A stretch of 63,969 bases of DNA, the filler included, from Choristocarpus tenellus KU-1152 (lineage: Eukaryota > Protista > Phaeophyceae): assembly GCA_964200185.2 (NCBI GenBank). It is 8 parts of 8 records of this genome, joined end to end, with 100 filler letters (N's around TTAATTAATTAA, not from the genome) between each part and the next. Parts side by side here need not be neighbours in the genome. Positions count along the whole stretch, not along the records: positions 49,029 to 60,387 come from CAXNAD020002370.1; positions 60,488 to 63,969 come from CAXNAD020019732.1; 6 more parts are not named here. One strand, written 5' to 3'. A model generated the notes under the pieces. It was given only the letters and a program-made list of their open reading frames with translations, made no database searches and had not been told where the DNA came from. Position 1 is the first letter of the stretch; the number at the start of each line of letters is the position of its first letter. The position numbers and the translations under genes were made by a program. This document shows, piece after piece, positions 49,052 through 62,514 of this stretch.

Positions 49052-51320
49052 TTTTCAAAGACGCAGGGGACGATGTTGGTGCAAAGGTATCTTGGTAAAT
49101 CTAAATCCTCAATCTGTCGAAAAACTTTTGCTACCAGCCTTTGCCTTTTATCTAACTACCTCACCAAATTTGTTAGTCTTACACTTGCGAATCCATTTTG
49201 TGTCCATTGCCCTGCGTCCAGGGGGTAATACGGCCTCCACCCAAACACCATTCAACAACAAAACCAGACATCTCTTCTGCTCTAGCCCGATCCCATAAAT
49301 CACGTTCGGGAGAGCTACGTGCTGCTCTTAAAGTTTGGGTTCTGGAGGGAGCTCATCCGCTAACACTCTAATAGAATCATCACTCGCACACATCACAAGT
49401 GTAGTCTCTATGGAAATAGACAAACAATATCAAACAACGGATCTCTTACAAAATAATACAGCAGAAAAATCAAAGAAGCTTGCATAATGGTGACCTCAGC
49501 ATCCGGTCTCCACTTCCTGAGCTCTCACCAATTTAGACCTTTATCCATAACAGTAAATGTCTCTCTCATATTCCCCTTGTCCTCTCGATCAGTCCAGGAG
49601 ACACTATTCTCAACATCCCCCAGCTCTTGGACTGAGAGTAGGTACGATGTGTCCTCTAGTCCTCGGGAGATGTGAAGGGAAGTATGCAGATAACAACAAA
49701 TAAAACACTACTACTATCTCGTCCTCATCCTTCAAGCAGAGCGTTAGGATACAATATTGCATGCTACATTCGGGAAAAATGCGACAGACGCCAAAGTAAC
49801 ATGCACCCACTCATCGCGGCCAAACATTGAATTTCCAATCAATCTTGCCATACCTCACAATGGGTAGTGATGTGCCGTCAGCCACAGTCATTTTGCAGCC
49901 TTATGGACATGTGGTGAAGTCATGAATGTACTTTGGGTGTTTCGTCACATTCTTGGAAGCCCCCGAATCAAAACATCATGTTTTGAAAGCATTCGTTCTC
50001 ACCTTGCCATTTTCAGTCACAACCACTAACATGATCTTTAAACTCCCTGTCCTAGCCGGTTCCTCTGATCCAGCTAGTTCTTCCCCCGACTTTAGCGGAG
50101 TCGCCCTCTGGCGATATTAACTTCCCACCGACTTTGGTGATCCTACCCTTCTCTGAGGGCAAACAACTTGCTGGTGGCCTCTGCCCCCGCAGTTGTAGCA
50201 CAGTCCTTTAAATGTGCAAGGACCTGTGTTTTACCAATCCGCACCTTGTGCATATTTGTCTGGCCTTGGTCAGCCCCCTGGTACGGGATCCTGTCGTCCC
50301 AGGGTGTGTACGAGGACCAGTTGTACCTTGGTTGCCTCCTCGGCTAACCTTTAGCTGGGTCTGGGCGGACAGAGCGCTCCCTGGCTCTCCGCGATCAGCT
50401 GCTTGAGATATAAGTAGCGTGAACGAGCAGCTTGCTGTATCGTGGCTCTCGAATGCTCACTTTTGCGAGGTTGAAGATAGTGTTTGGCAATCTGACAATC
50501 ATCATCCAAACAATGCAACATGGTGATTTCTAGGACCTGCTCGGACATCACATGCCCCGTTATCGGCATCTGGCCAACCCAGTCCTACATCATTGTAAAA
50601 GTGATTTGGGGGTCTGACACCTGAGGCATTTTGACAGTCATTACTTCCTTTGGAGTCTGGCTATTTCTTCATCTGACTGAATAAGGAAGTGTTCATGTAG
50701 CTGTTTCCAGCCTCCTAAAGGTGAGGCTGCATTACGGACAATGCACCTGTAAATCCCACAGGTGCTCCTTAGCAGGACGTCATAAGCCTTCTTGGCCTTG
50801 GTGACCTCTTCTTCAATGGCATCTTCCGCCTTAGTGAATTCAATGTCACCCACTCTGATGGGTTCCCTTCTATGCTTCAATGCCTCATCAATATCCCCCT
50901 TCGCCCCAAGAAATGTATGGGTTGTAGCGAGCCAGTCTGCATAGTTGTCATCCGTGAGCTGAAGGAGATTGGTGTGGATCCCATCTTAGGCCATGAGTGA
51001 TGTAATACCAGCTCAAACCAAACCAGTTCGCTTGCGCCTCCCATAGCTAGAGTTTGGATTAGGCGCTTAAGCGTGTTGAGAAGCTTGGCACACGTAAGGC
51101 TCATCACTGAAAGCTAGTAGTTGAATTACATCGTAAAACATACACTGAATTATTAATTGCCCGCCAGCCATCCGTCGTCACTGACGTGTGAATGAATGTT
51201 GACTTATTATATTTTTATGCACGTTCGTACTTTGTATCATACCTAACTAAATATAAACGTACATAGAACCTATGTTATATACTTGATCAGCACAGATAAC
51301 GTAAGAATAACACTAAGTTA
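49052..51320 (-). mobile_element. Decayed Ty1/Copia retrotransposon (LTR/PBS, gag, protease, RT start)
   Basis: ...TTTCA|GTGATGAGCC resembles the copia internal-tRNAiMet PBS (~51097-51111). Gag LTDDNYADW, zinc knuckle CYNCGGRGHQQVVC (~50160-50205), protease FDSGAS (~49955-49975) and RT start PPGRRAMDTKW...GEVVR*KA...FAP (~49075-49240). Confidence 0.9.
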
Positions 51321-51399
51321 TTCGACAGGGCGTCGTCTATGTTTCCTGGGCGGGTGATATTTTATCATCAAGGCGCAAGGGTGAGGGAGGACAGGCTTG

Positions 51400-52353
51400 A
51401 GTTGATCGAATATTGGGTTGATTTCTCGAATGAATGCAGGCTGAGGGAAAGCCTTGATCAACTTCATACGTCCAGCCCTAAGTCCAGGAACAAAAGTGAA
51501 TGTATGGCATCTTGCAAGGAGTAGGAGAAACCAAACCATCAGTGTGCAAATAGTCTCAATCTCACCTCCTCTTCTTCCCTGGCGTCTTGTCGATGACTAC
51601 CTCCACCTACTTTGCGACCTCTTGGAAGTAAAGGATTTGGTGGTATCGAAAGGTCGCCACGACTGCCTTTGTTATGATCGCTTTCTCCTCCGCCTTGTGA
51701 GCCCTTTCGATCTTCTTTCAGACTTCAGAGCCCTTATACCCCAACCCTAACACCCTCTTTTTCGTTTCCTTAAGCCACTCTGCCTCGCACAGCTTCCAAA
51801 CAGCCAGGGCATGCTGCAACTGTCAACTACTAAGATATTCTACACCCAGGTTTTCGCTTACGCGTTTCCTGAGCACAGTGGCACACAGTCGCACTGCTCT
51901 CTTCCCCAATCTTCCCTTCGGGCGGCCACCCTGGTTCTCCTTTCGCCTGCCATGACCAGGCTTCCCCACAGACTTCATTATTGTACCACCTGGTGATGGA
52001 CTCGCCACTCTCTTCCTGCTTTCCCGAGGTGGCAGAGACTGCAGAGAAGTGCTCCGACGTGGTTGAAGATCCAACCACGTTTGTGTGGTAATGCTTTCAA
52101 TGCATCTTCTCTCAGCGTCAGCGTCGTAGTCCTGTGATCCATTTTGTAATTTGATTATGCTGCTGCGCCACACTACTCGCACTTTCTTGTCACCTAACTT
52201 CGCACTGAGTGTCACACGGTACTTGCTTTTCCACCACCTCTCGACAAAGAAGGTGCCAAGGGTAGACCCAGGGGGTAGAATGGCCTCGGTGGCTCTCCTT
52301 GTCTCACCGTTGTGGTTCATGTTGCTGCGTACGTCACGCGTGTGTGTGCTCAC
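51400..52353 (-). pseudogene. Decayed ORF of unknown family
   Basis: The 176-aa ORF 51823-52353 continues in frame past stops (*QLQHALAVWKLCEAEWLKETKKRVLGLG...). Confidence 0.4.
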
Positions 52354-52789
52354 AGAAAGTCTGCCAATGGCCTAAAAAATATGTCTGGGAATCTTGCTTT
52401 TTTTCTCGGTATCGCCAGACACGCCAAACTTGGGCAACGATCTAACCCGGACTAGGTTTTTTTAAGGAGTTCAGCCAACCACATCATTTGAACCCGTTTT
52501 GAAGTGGTGACCTTCAAAATTGCGCCGGAGATGTTCCCCCCCGTTTTTTGCCATTATTACTTGATCGGGACATAGCTCCCGTTCCACGAAGCCTGGACAT
52601 TCGTGGATACAAACCTTCAAAGGCTCTTGTCATACGCTTTCATTTGATACATATATTGTTGTATATCTGTTGTGGCGATACAGTGAAAGAAAACTCGATG
52701 GCTACAGAGGGTGAAGGTACTAGTACCACCTTAGCGAAATAACAGATGAGTGTTTCTCAAGGTCGTGACATTTTTTTTTTCTTTAGGGT

Positions 52790-54322
52790 TTATACTGACA
52801 TGTATGTGAAGAGTTTTCATTGGTTTCTCCCCTAACACACCCGCAAAATGTTAGAGGGCATAGTGATATCAAATATTTATTAACCTGTAAATAGTTCTCA
52901 TTAGTTTTTCTTCTGGGGAATCTCTATGTAGAATTTGAGAGGGCGTAATAATAAATATTTATTGTTACAAACACCTTAACTAAGAGTCATTCAACATACA
53001 ACTAATTATGGTTAAGGACAACCAATGCGTGTGTGGTGACCATTGAAAGATGGTTTTGTCAAAGTACACCCCGTCTTGTCTAAACCGAAAAAACATCCTG
53101 TTCGCCCTTCCAAGATTGTTTCCCTTAAATTACACTTAATCTTATCCAAATCGAGAAGGAAGTAGTGGTTGTTGTTATTGGAAGTCGTTGCTATCGCCTT
53201 GTGTTTTACACGGTTTAACAGGGGTTGGGGAGCCTTAACGTCGTGCAAGCCCTCTATGAACTTGCTAAGTTTCTCTACCATTTTTATTGTGGGGCGAAGG
53301 CTGTATGTGGCATCGCCAAATCTGCCATTGCACCAGTTCAGACATTCTCCATTGTGCGACAACAATAAAAAAAACGGTCAGGTTACAGGCAAGGTCGATA
53401 GGATCTGGAGCAAGCCTATGGCTGTGTAACTGCTACACGTCGACTAATAGTCAATAAGTTATGCTTGTGTGTGCGATGAGATGCGACTTAAAACTTCTAG
53501 AACCCCTCTCTTTGGTGATTCGTCAATTTTTAGATGCACCTTCAGGATAGAAAACACCGTTGACCACGTTAAACCATGTTTGCCATTTGAGGTGAACCAT
53601 GAAGATAAACGTTGGAACGTAAAGAAGGGAGACAATTTGGTGACGTAAAACGACATAAGATGGACGTTTTTCGTATGCGATCTCATCCAATCAAAATACT
53701 TACTCCCTTGGGGGAGATGGACAGTCTGAAGTCCAGCTTGTAAAAGAGTAAAGAGTGGGAACTTCAAGGAATGGAAATGAGAGAGAAGTATATTGGTTCA
53801 TTACAATATCGTAATAAGTGTAATAAATATTTAACTATTTTAAAGTTATATTCCTAGCACACGTTGAAATATATGAAAATGTCTCACTTCCATCTGCAAT
53901 TGTTATGCCCCCGATTTGTGAGCTTAACTCATATTATAATATATTTTATTATTATGCCCTCTGACATTTTGCAGATGTATCAGGGGGGAAACCAATGCGT
54001 TGTCAAATATATTATTATGCCCTGTTGTGAGACCCATCCATCTCGTTTCCATCTGTTTCACACTCGACATTTTCAGATTTGTCAAGGAAAATGTAATTTC
54101 ACTATCATAGCGACCCCTTTACTTGTCATAAATGTGCAAGATAACTCTTCAAAATCAATTTAATATTTGACTTCTACCTACTATACCACACCACTACCAT
54201 AAAAGGTCGTAATTTCAATTTTATGTGTATCACTATTACTATACGCCACCTATATTTTCAATTTTGGGAACAAAATATGACAGAAAATATCCCGTATAAG
54301 AGAAGATTTGACTTTTATTTCC
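52790..54322. mobile_element. Unclassified element with hairpin-motif arrays (copy 2), enclosing decayed ORFs 53012-53767(-)
   Basis: Motif copies at ~52829 and ~52925 (+), and at ~53947, 54010 and 54060 (-), form inverted arrays around the relic ORFs. Confidence 0.6.
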
Positions 54323-54599
54323 ATAAATGATAAACCATTCTCAAGATGTAACAGATCATAACTGTTTTTTCGATTGATTGAGAAAATTGTACTACTACTA
54401 CTCATACATACATACATTCATTGTTGTTGGGGGACAAAGAAATCCTTCGAGATATAGGGAGACACGTGGATATGGGTCTGACGAATGGGAAGGCTCATTT
54501 CGAATTAGGAGAATAAATAGTGTCAGTTTTTGTGAAGAAAAGACAAAATACAGTACAGTTTACCTTCCGATTTCTCTGAAAACCTCTGCTCTGGTCGTT

Positions 54600-56300
54600 T
54601 ACAACTCCCAATAAGTATCTTTTGTCCCATCGTTAAAATATTCTTTCCTATCTTCAGTTTTACCCAAACACGAGAGGAACGACAACCATAAGGAATGCTT
54701 ATGTGACAGCACTTTTAAAGAGTGCTTCCTGACTAACTTGCGAACATATCTTGCTGCTAGGATAGGACAACAGAGAACGATGAAAGCAACTTGATTACGG
54801 ATGTGTCTTGGTTCCAGCCTAAGAATAGAAGAGTGACAAGATGTTGCACAACTCCAAACGAAGGGAATTGGCAGGGGGTGCCTCGTCTGATCTGGCACGT
54901 TCACGAGGACGTGCTATCTCAGATATATCGACGAGTGTGAAAGATGCCAGTGGAGAGACCCCATCTTTGTCAGGGAACATGAGGGTATGTCCTGCTGGGT
55001 TCCATATTCGCATGGCATCCAGAAATATTTAGAGTTGGTCTCGGTCCTCTATGGTCCCAAGAAAGGATCAAGGAGAGTTTTAGATGGCCCATGTCGCCTA
55101 ACAGTTCAACTACATTTAAGGCACAATGGTAATAGGGACTCACAGCTCCTCCTCACCTATCCCCCCCCCCCGACCATGCATACAAGGACCCCCTCTTATA
55201 CACTCACATGTCCGACTTGTCTTTGTGGGCGTTGAATTGTAGGTGGATGTGAGCCATTGCTGTCCTGAGCATCGTGGTGTATGGGGAACGACTGGGTTTT
55301 TGTTCGCCAAAGAAAAAAGGGAGTGCCCTCGGTGTCAGGCAGAGAGGTGAGGGTGAAAAAAATTGATACGCACTTTGTGGTTGTGCACTCCCACCATTTC
55401 AAGTGCATCTGGTAGAGTTGGCCTTCTTCAACTGCCTACCTAAAGTATTCCACTACCCAATCGTGCGTTAGGGAGAAGATGGAGCTCTTGGAGCCTGAAT
55501 TCTCAACACCCCCAACCTCTACTGAGGGTGAAGGATCCAGAATCGACAGTGAACATTTGGAACCGATATTGCTTCGGTCGGTTGTGGCAGCATCAATGGC
55601 ACCAAGCGCTCGAACCAATCAAATCGCCCGAAGCACGTCTTCCCGGACTCTGGGATGCCCAGAGTATGCCTGCTACAGTCATGCGTGAGTGGATGGCGTT
55701 ATCATGCATTGATCTTTCGTGCGTTTCGACTCCTTGCGAACTTCGAACAGTAATTGCCTTGAGAGTGACATGTTCACAAAATTGGCTTTCTGAGGTGACC
55801 TGTCCCCCAGAGATGTCAAATTATACAAAATTGGTGACGCGTAGTTTTCCGCTTTTTGAACTTTTCAGGATGTCAAGATTTTCCCAAAAGGAATGGCATC
55901 AACGCAAAAAATACGTAGCAGCTGTATATAGAGTCGACGCCTTCTCCCAAAGTCTCTTTTTGGTCTTTTGATGTTGAATGGGAAAGGTCCATGGCACCTT
56001 GTAGATGACCTGCGAATATTGCTTCACATTCCATTTAATACGCCACCCACGATTTTTGTTGAGATTTTCCCCAAGGATGACAAAATACACTACCCTTTCG
56101 GGCCACTGAAATAGTAAACCTGTTTGATCCACATTCAAGAGATGGGCATGACATCATTGAGCGTCAGTAGATAGATGGCTACTGACCCTAATGGATTGGC
56201 CATACCCTCTGAGATGGATACCTTACTCCATAAGATGTAACCATATTCTGCCCCACTACATTGTATGCCAGACTTGTTCTATCCTTTCCTTTGCCCTGCC
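54600..56300 (-). pseudogene. Decayed long coding relic of unknown family
   Basis: Successive protein-like minus-strand fragments (54599-54904, 54819-55013, 55899-56138) broken by frameshifts. No introns are evident. Confidence 0.35.
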
Positions 56301-57113
56301 GTATTGTAAGCACTGAGAAAAGGAGAGCAATTTTTCTGGACAATTGCAATCCGTGCTATGTATGACCCTCTCCTGCTGAAAAACATGTAACTAATGATTG
56401 AGGGTGATTGTCGGTTGTGTGCCTGGCGATCTTGCTTATGTCTCGGCAATGTTACAACTGGATGGATGTGACTGCATGGTTGCTCATGTTGTGTGCATTT
56501 AATCGTGCACATACCAGTGGGAGGCTAGGCCTCCAGAAGAGGGTTAAGTTCAGGCGACCGGGAGCTACAACCATCCACCATCCACAACCCCTTGTCGTTC
56601 AGCCCAATGTAAGAAGTTACTCGCATGGTTCAGGCTTCTCTACATTGTTTTTCTTACTTGAGCACTTGTGCATTTGTATTGGCCTCCTCCTCTTGATATA
56701 GGGTATTGAGGTGAGGTAGATTACAAAATGCTACTGCTCCATTGCCACCAATGTTGTGGGGTCCTCTCCTCTCCGATCACAAGAGGGGATAGATACTGCA
56801 GAGTAACTTGACTGGACTGCTTTCATGTAGGTTTTTGAGGGACTCTCACGCCCGTGTGCCCACCTTCAATCAGGTCTGGTCTTGCCACCAACACCTGTGT
56901 GTTAACTTCTTGTGTACATGCTGTTGTTGGTCAAGCCATGTTCAATCTGATCCATAGTTTCTACTTTCATCTCCCCTTTTCACCATTCTGCCAATGGCAA
57001 CTCTTCACGTGGTGTGTGTGTGTGTGTGTGTGTTTGTGCATGCTTGTTTTGCATCTGTGAAAATGTATACACTGATTCTGGGGATTCTGGCGATACTGGT
57101 GATAGTCACATAG

Positions 57114-57618
57114 TAAGAGGACTGCAGGCACTGGTGAAGCGTCAATAGAATCATCGGAACCATATGCCCCGGCAGTTCTCCTTCGCCCCCACCCCATGTT
57201 CGACAGAGTATGCACTTCACCTTTGTTGCCTTGGGATAGAATCCCTTACTTTCTAGAGCTTGACACCCAAGCCAAAGATATTGACAGTACCGGAGACCAA
57301 GGTGGTAGTCAGGCTGACAATAATAGCAAGGGCTGGGGCTGGCATGGTGATGGGTGCAGGGAAAGGGAGAGGGCCTCGAGTAATGGATGCACTGTGGGGG
57401 AAAGAGCCAAGAAGGAGGGAGGCAATGGAAAGCAGAAAGTGGGTCGAAGGCTGTGGCTGTGGAGGCTAAGGCCACATTGGCCCCGTCTCAACATGGGTGG
57501 GCACCGTGCTGCTGGCAAGGACGCACACCATAGTGGGGCAGAGGAAGAGAGTGGGTATTGGTGGACTAGCCAAAGTGTTCGTGATTCTGATGAAGAGAAG
57601 GTTTCTCCTACACGATAG
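57114..57618 (+). CDS. Possible terminal exon of an unknown gene
   Basis: Acceptor-like cacatag followed by an open frame ...EPYAPAVLLRPHPMFDRVCTSPLLPWDRIPYFLELD...SPTR*. Confidence 0.35.
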
Positions 57619-60600
57619 GGTAGGCACAGATGTGAAAATATAGGGACCGGTTTGTTGCTATTAGTTTTCTATGTTTGTGTGCTCTACCTCTTTGATGTCT
57701 CCAGGAGGTGCACCAAGGTTGTCACTGCAAGAGGAAAGGAGAATTGTATTCACAGTAATCGACTTAGCTATGTACTAGGGGTTACTTGCTGAAAGCTACA
57801 TGTAGAAGTGGGATCACCTTTCATTTTTTTTTTTTTTTTTTGGGGGGGGGGGTAAGGGGAGGGGAAAACATTGGGACCCACTGTTCGCCCTGTGATATGT
57901 TTATCATTTATCCTGAAAGAGGGTGTTATATAGCATACTGGCAAAAGATATAAACCCGGCCAGCAGGTTACTTTTTACTTGGCTCTATTTAATTTTTTCA
58001 TTTTTTTTCTGTGTACATGCAATTCTTTGTGTTTTGATTTGTCCTGGGGCAAGTTGTGAGGTACGCGGCAGAGATCGATTTTTGGAATCGATATTTTCTG
58101 GATCGATGGTTAAATTTGTGTGTGTGTATGTTTGTGTGTGTGTGTGTGTGGTCGCTTTCTTTTTCGGGAACCCCATGGAATCTGTTCTAGGAAAATGTAA
58201 ATGATTATGATAGAAATGTATTGTTTGTGTTCATCTTTTGTTATTGGTGTTCCTTCAGTGTTGATATTTTTTGCTTGACCTCATTTTTTTGAGGAGCTGA
58301 GGAGACTAGTAGAGCTCTTGAGCGCTATTCAAGTCGTCATGCTTTCTATGCTGACAAATGAATCAAAATGCACTGGTGGCGGTAGGGTGACAATCGGGGG
58401 CAGAGTAGCCTTTGTGGTCACCTTGAACAGCGAGGTAGGATGGATCTGTGGTGCGATCATGGCTCTGTTAGGCGCTGCTCATCCTGCACACTTCAAGGGG
58501 TTCTTGCTCTTCTGCTATTGATCACTTTCCGGGACTCTGTTGTCCAGGTGGGTGTGGATTGCTGTTTCTGTGTTTAGACATGCCGGATCTGACGGGTTCT
58601 CCTAAGAAGAGTCAGCAGGAATGTGTCTTGTTTTCGAAAAAAAAAAAAATGACATGATTTTTTTTTTTAAATTATTTATGTGTTAAAATGCTGTTGGTAT
58701 TCGAGAGGCGGTGTTGTTTCTGTTTAGAAGTCAAATCTTTCTGCTCAGAGCCAGAGGTTTTATGCCGGAGAATCGTCTACCTTTTGTGTATAGACTTTTT
58801 ATCGGTGGTGTGGTTGTATTTGATGTGACAAAAGATGTGAGATGTGTCCATGAAATTGAAGGCGGGGAGTAGTTTATCCGAAGTGGAACAGATATTATTT
58901 TATTGTTGCCTGGGTACTGCTTTTTTGGGGTTGGGCCGAGTGTTTTTTTTTTCTTGTGCATGCTCCCTAGCTGCACAACTATAGGGACCCCCCCCTCCAA
59001 AAAAAAACCCCAACAACATATATTCCTGTGACTGGATAGCTGTGGTCATTGTTGTATGTTTTAGGTTCCACAACCGTGAGGTGCACAAACTATACAAATA
59101 TATATGTATATATATCCGAGTAGAACCATTTTGACGAAGAATCAACAACAAAAAAATCTTAACTGTTCTCTCCGAATATTTACAGATAAGGAATGGTGAG
59201 GCGGTGTGGTGATAGTTAACCTGACATTCAATTGTTTGCATCTTCCAACAGGTACTTTAATACCTTTAGTTGTACAAATGAGATGCTGTGTGTGTGGGTG
59301 CGGGTGTGGGTGTGGGTTGTTTTTTATGTTAGTGATAGGTTTAGCAACAGACCTGTACAATCCTGTACATCATTCCTATATTGGCTGGACTTCTCTCATC
59401 TTCAATCAGTATCGTTAAGCGCTGACATCGTGATAGAGGTAGCACTACACCATCCAATTTCAGTTGTTACGCATGGGCTGAGCTCCTTCAACCATGGGCG
59501 TTGAACTTAAGACTGAAGTTTTGGTAACATGTTCAAGTGTCTTGTGGGATGGTGGAGGGGGTTGTGGGCAATCTAATAGTGACTTGTCTGCAACACTACT
59601 CTGTACTCTGTACGACAGACTGCGGTAGGGCAATTCCATGGAAGCACTAAGTGTGCTGGGGTCACTGTGTGGAAGGAAGCAAGGCAGTTGATTGGTTTGA
59701 GCAAGTGTTGGTTGCTATGGTGCCCTATGGCACTTTCTTGTGGTATGTAGTGCCACAGAGAACTCTGTAACAGAGGTACGATCCCGGCCTTTCGATTTTG
59801 TGGAGGGGACATGTATTTTTGAAGATATGTTGGCTAATTGATGACGTTCTCCATCCTTGCGTCTTCCAGAAAAGCGCCACAATGAGCTACCCAGGACATT
59901 ATGTATTAGGTACAATTCTGTGGGGAGTCTTGTGCAAGCATTTCGGGGTTTGGAACGTTTTAATTCATGTTATAGATTCGCCGGTAAGATGTGTTTGGAA
60001 CGTTCTCACAGTTTCCACTCTACTTGTCGGAATTTTGCCAGCAATTTGGAAGCGCGACTTAGTTGGCCATACAGTATCACTAAGAAAGCAACTGTTAATA
60101 AATTGGGTTCAATTATTTGTACTGTTTGCTGTAGGTGCATGACATCTAATCATTACACTTACAGCTGGTTTCTTGTTCAGTGGAAAACGAAAGATTTCTA
60201 GATTGATTGGTGGCTTGCCTTCCAAATACCCTTATTTAGCCTGGTGCTCTCATCACATAGGTTCCCGTGTCTCCCAGTTGAGCGTGTGCCTCACTTGTCT
60301 TCACCAACCCCCCCCCCCCCCCCCCCCCCGCCTTCCCGAAAAGATGGGGGGCACTTGTTGTTTATTCACTCTGTGGAATCACACACCNNNNNNNNNNNNN
60401 NNNNNNNNNNNNNNNNNNNNNNNNNNNNNNNTTAATTAATTAANNNNNNNNNNNNNNNNNNNNNNNNNNNNNNNNNNNNNNNNNNNNGGTGGGTGGGGGG
60501 GGAGGGGGAGGGCGTATGGGCGGTTTAGGACGCGAGTCCATGATGCTGAAGAGCATTTTGAAGATTTGATTGCTTTGTGAGCATTCATTCATTCAGTTTC

Positions 60601-60816
60601 CAGAATAAACTTCATCCTTATTGGTTGCCCTTTTTTGGCATCCCCATCCTGTTTTTTGAATTGTGGAACAATAAATTTGAAAATATGTGGTGTAAATAAA
60701 ATTAGTCAGTTTCCTCATCACTGGTGAAACCGCGATTTTTAGGGTTAGGGTTACGTCTATTTCGTTTTTTATTACGTCCAAATTGTCTGTTTTTATTGGA
60801 CACTCTTGTGTATTGT

Positions 60817-60851
<35 letters not shown>

Positions 60852-60961
60852 TTTTTCCCCACGGGCCACTTTGGGGGGTGTTATTTTGTGCTGAAAATTT
60901 AAANNNNNNNNNNTTTTTTTTTTTTTTTTTTTGTTTTGTTTTGTTTGTTTTGGTTGGTGGT

Positions 60962-60993
<32 letters not shown>

Positions 60994-62391
60994 GAGGTCA
61001 GGCTGTCTCTTACCCAGACGACACTTTAGATGTATGTATTATGTGCCTGAAAGTTAAAATGTACCCACACAATGAGATTGTTTCCTTGGGTTTGCTGTTT
61101 GCCAATTCGTATCTGATTCTTATCTGCAGTCCAAAAAAGTTGATTTTTTTTGTCAACATTTTGTCATTCATGGGGGTCCTTTTGCAGCACAGTCTTAGCT
61201 GGAGATAGGATATTAAGGTTGTCTGTGGGTGAAGTGAGCAAGAACATTGATGGCTTTGCAAACATCTCAACAGCTACCCTCTTCATGATGTACAGAAAGG
61301 AACCATCCTTGCTACCTTGAAGCAGCTCCACCGACACTATCCTCCTTTCACCCCTTTCAGGGAAAAGGGACATAATCTTTCTTTTTGACAACCTTGGACA
61401 TCTTTTGAGTCTGGAAGGGCTCTGACTGGGCATTTCAAATTGAGGTCCCCTTTTTTTTGTGCCTTGTTTGAGACTCGCTGCTTTCCCCAGACCATAGTTG
61501 TCAGAATAGTGCCGTATTTGAAGTGACCAATTAGATTGCACTCTTCACGATGGTGTAATCGGTTTGAAAAGAGCCTTTGAATGGAGTGAGTTACACGGTA
61601 AAATGTTGAAGTAAGTGCTATATTTCCAAATAGAGGCAGTTTCAAACTTACAACCATATTACGTTTTGGTATGTGGATTCCGACCAGCCATTTAAAGAGT
61701 CCAACTTTGGACTAAAGTGCGTTTTACCACAGGTTTGTCTGTTAGGAATCAGTTTGAACAGTAGGTGGCGGGCTACAAATTTTAAAGTGTGGGGATCTTA
61801 TAAAACCCATCACAGCGTTACTCTAATATCTCATCAAAATCCAACTTAGTGTACCTATTCTATGCTTCCCGCTGTGAAGCTGCAAGAAACACCTTCCAGG
61901 AAGTTTCTGGGCTGGATGTATTCCCCTTTGTTCAATAAACGTTTTGTGGAGTACTTGGTGTGCGGTATGGTTTTGTTTGCCTTTGTGCAGTGATTTTGTC
62001 AGATGTAATTTTGGTCGAATTGTGCTTCTGGTGTACAGCTACATAATCTGGATCCTTAGTCCATTTCCTTTGCAAGGCACTCTGCCGTGACTACTGTATG
62101 CTTTACATCAAAGCCTCGGCCAAGATCACCCCACCACTATGAAGCGATTGAAATGAGGGTTTAACGATAACGCGCTTTGCCTCTTCAAGACAAAATACAA
62201 GGAAATCAAAACACCACTGCTTTTCTTGAAGTGCTGCAACGAGAATGCGGTTTACATTCCTTAGCCATCAACACATACACATATTGAGGAGTTCACTATC
62301 TCTTGTTGAAGCAGAACACTTTACTATTCATACATTTCTAACCTACATTTTATGTTTCATACCTCACCTTCTACTCTTGTGTAACAAACAG

Positions 62392-62514
62392 GCCATGTGC
62401 TTCTCTCTAGCAGCTTGTGGAGGTGTGCCTGTGATCATCAACGACCCTGATTGCACAGCCAAGACTTTTCCCACGTACTTTTCTGCCTTGGATGAACTCA
62501 CAACTCGGGAATAA
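62392..62514 (+). CDS. aroA: EPSP synthase (3-phosphoshikimate 1-carboxyvinyltransferase), last exon
   Basis: aaacag|[40 protein letters not shown] matches the class I EPSPS C-terminus (DHRM)AMxFSL...I.DPxCxxKTFPxYF. Confidence 0.92.
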   Translation, partial: AMCFSLAACGGVPVIINDPDCTAKTFPTYFSALDELTTRE

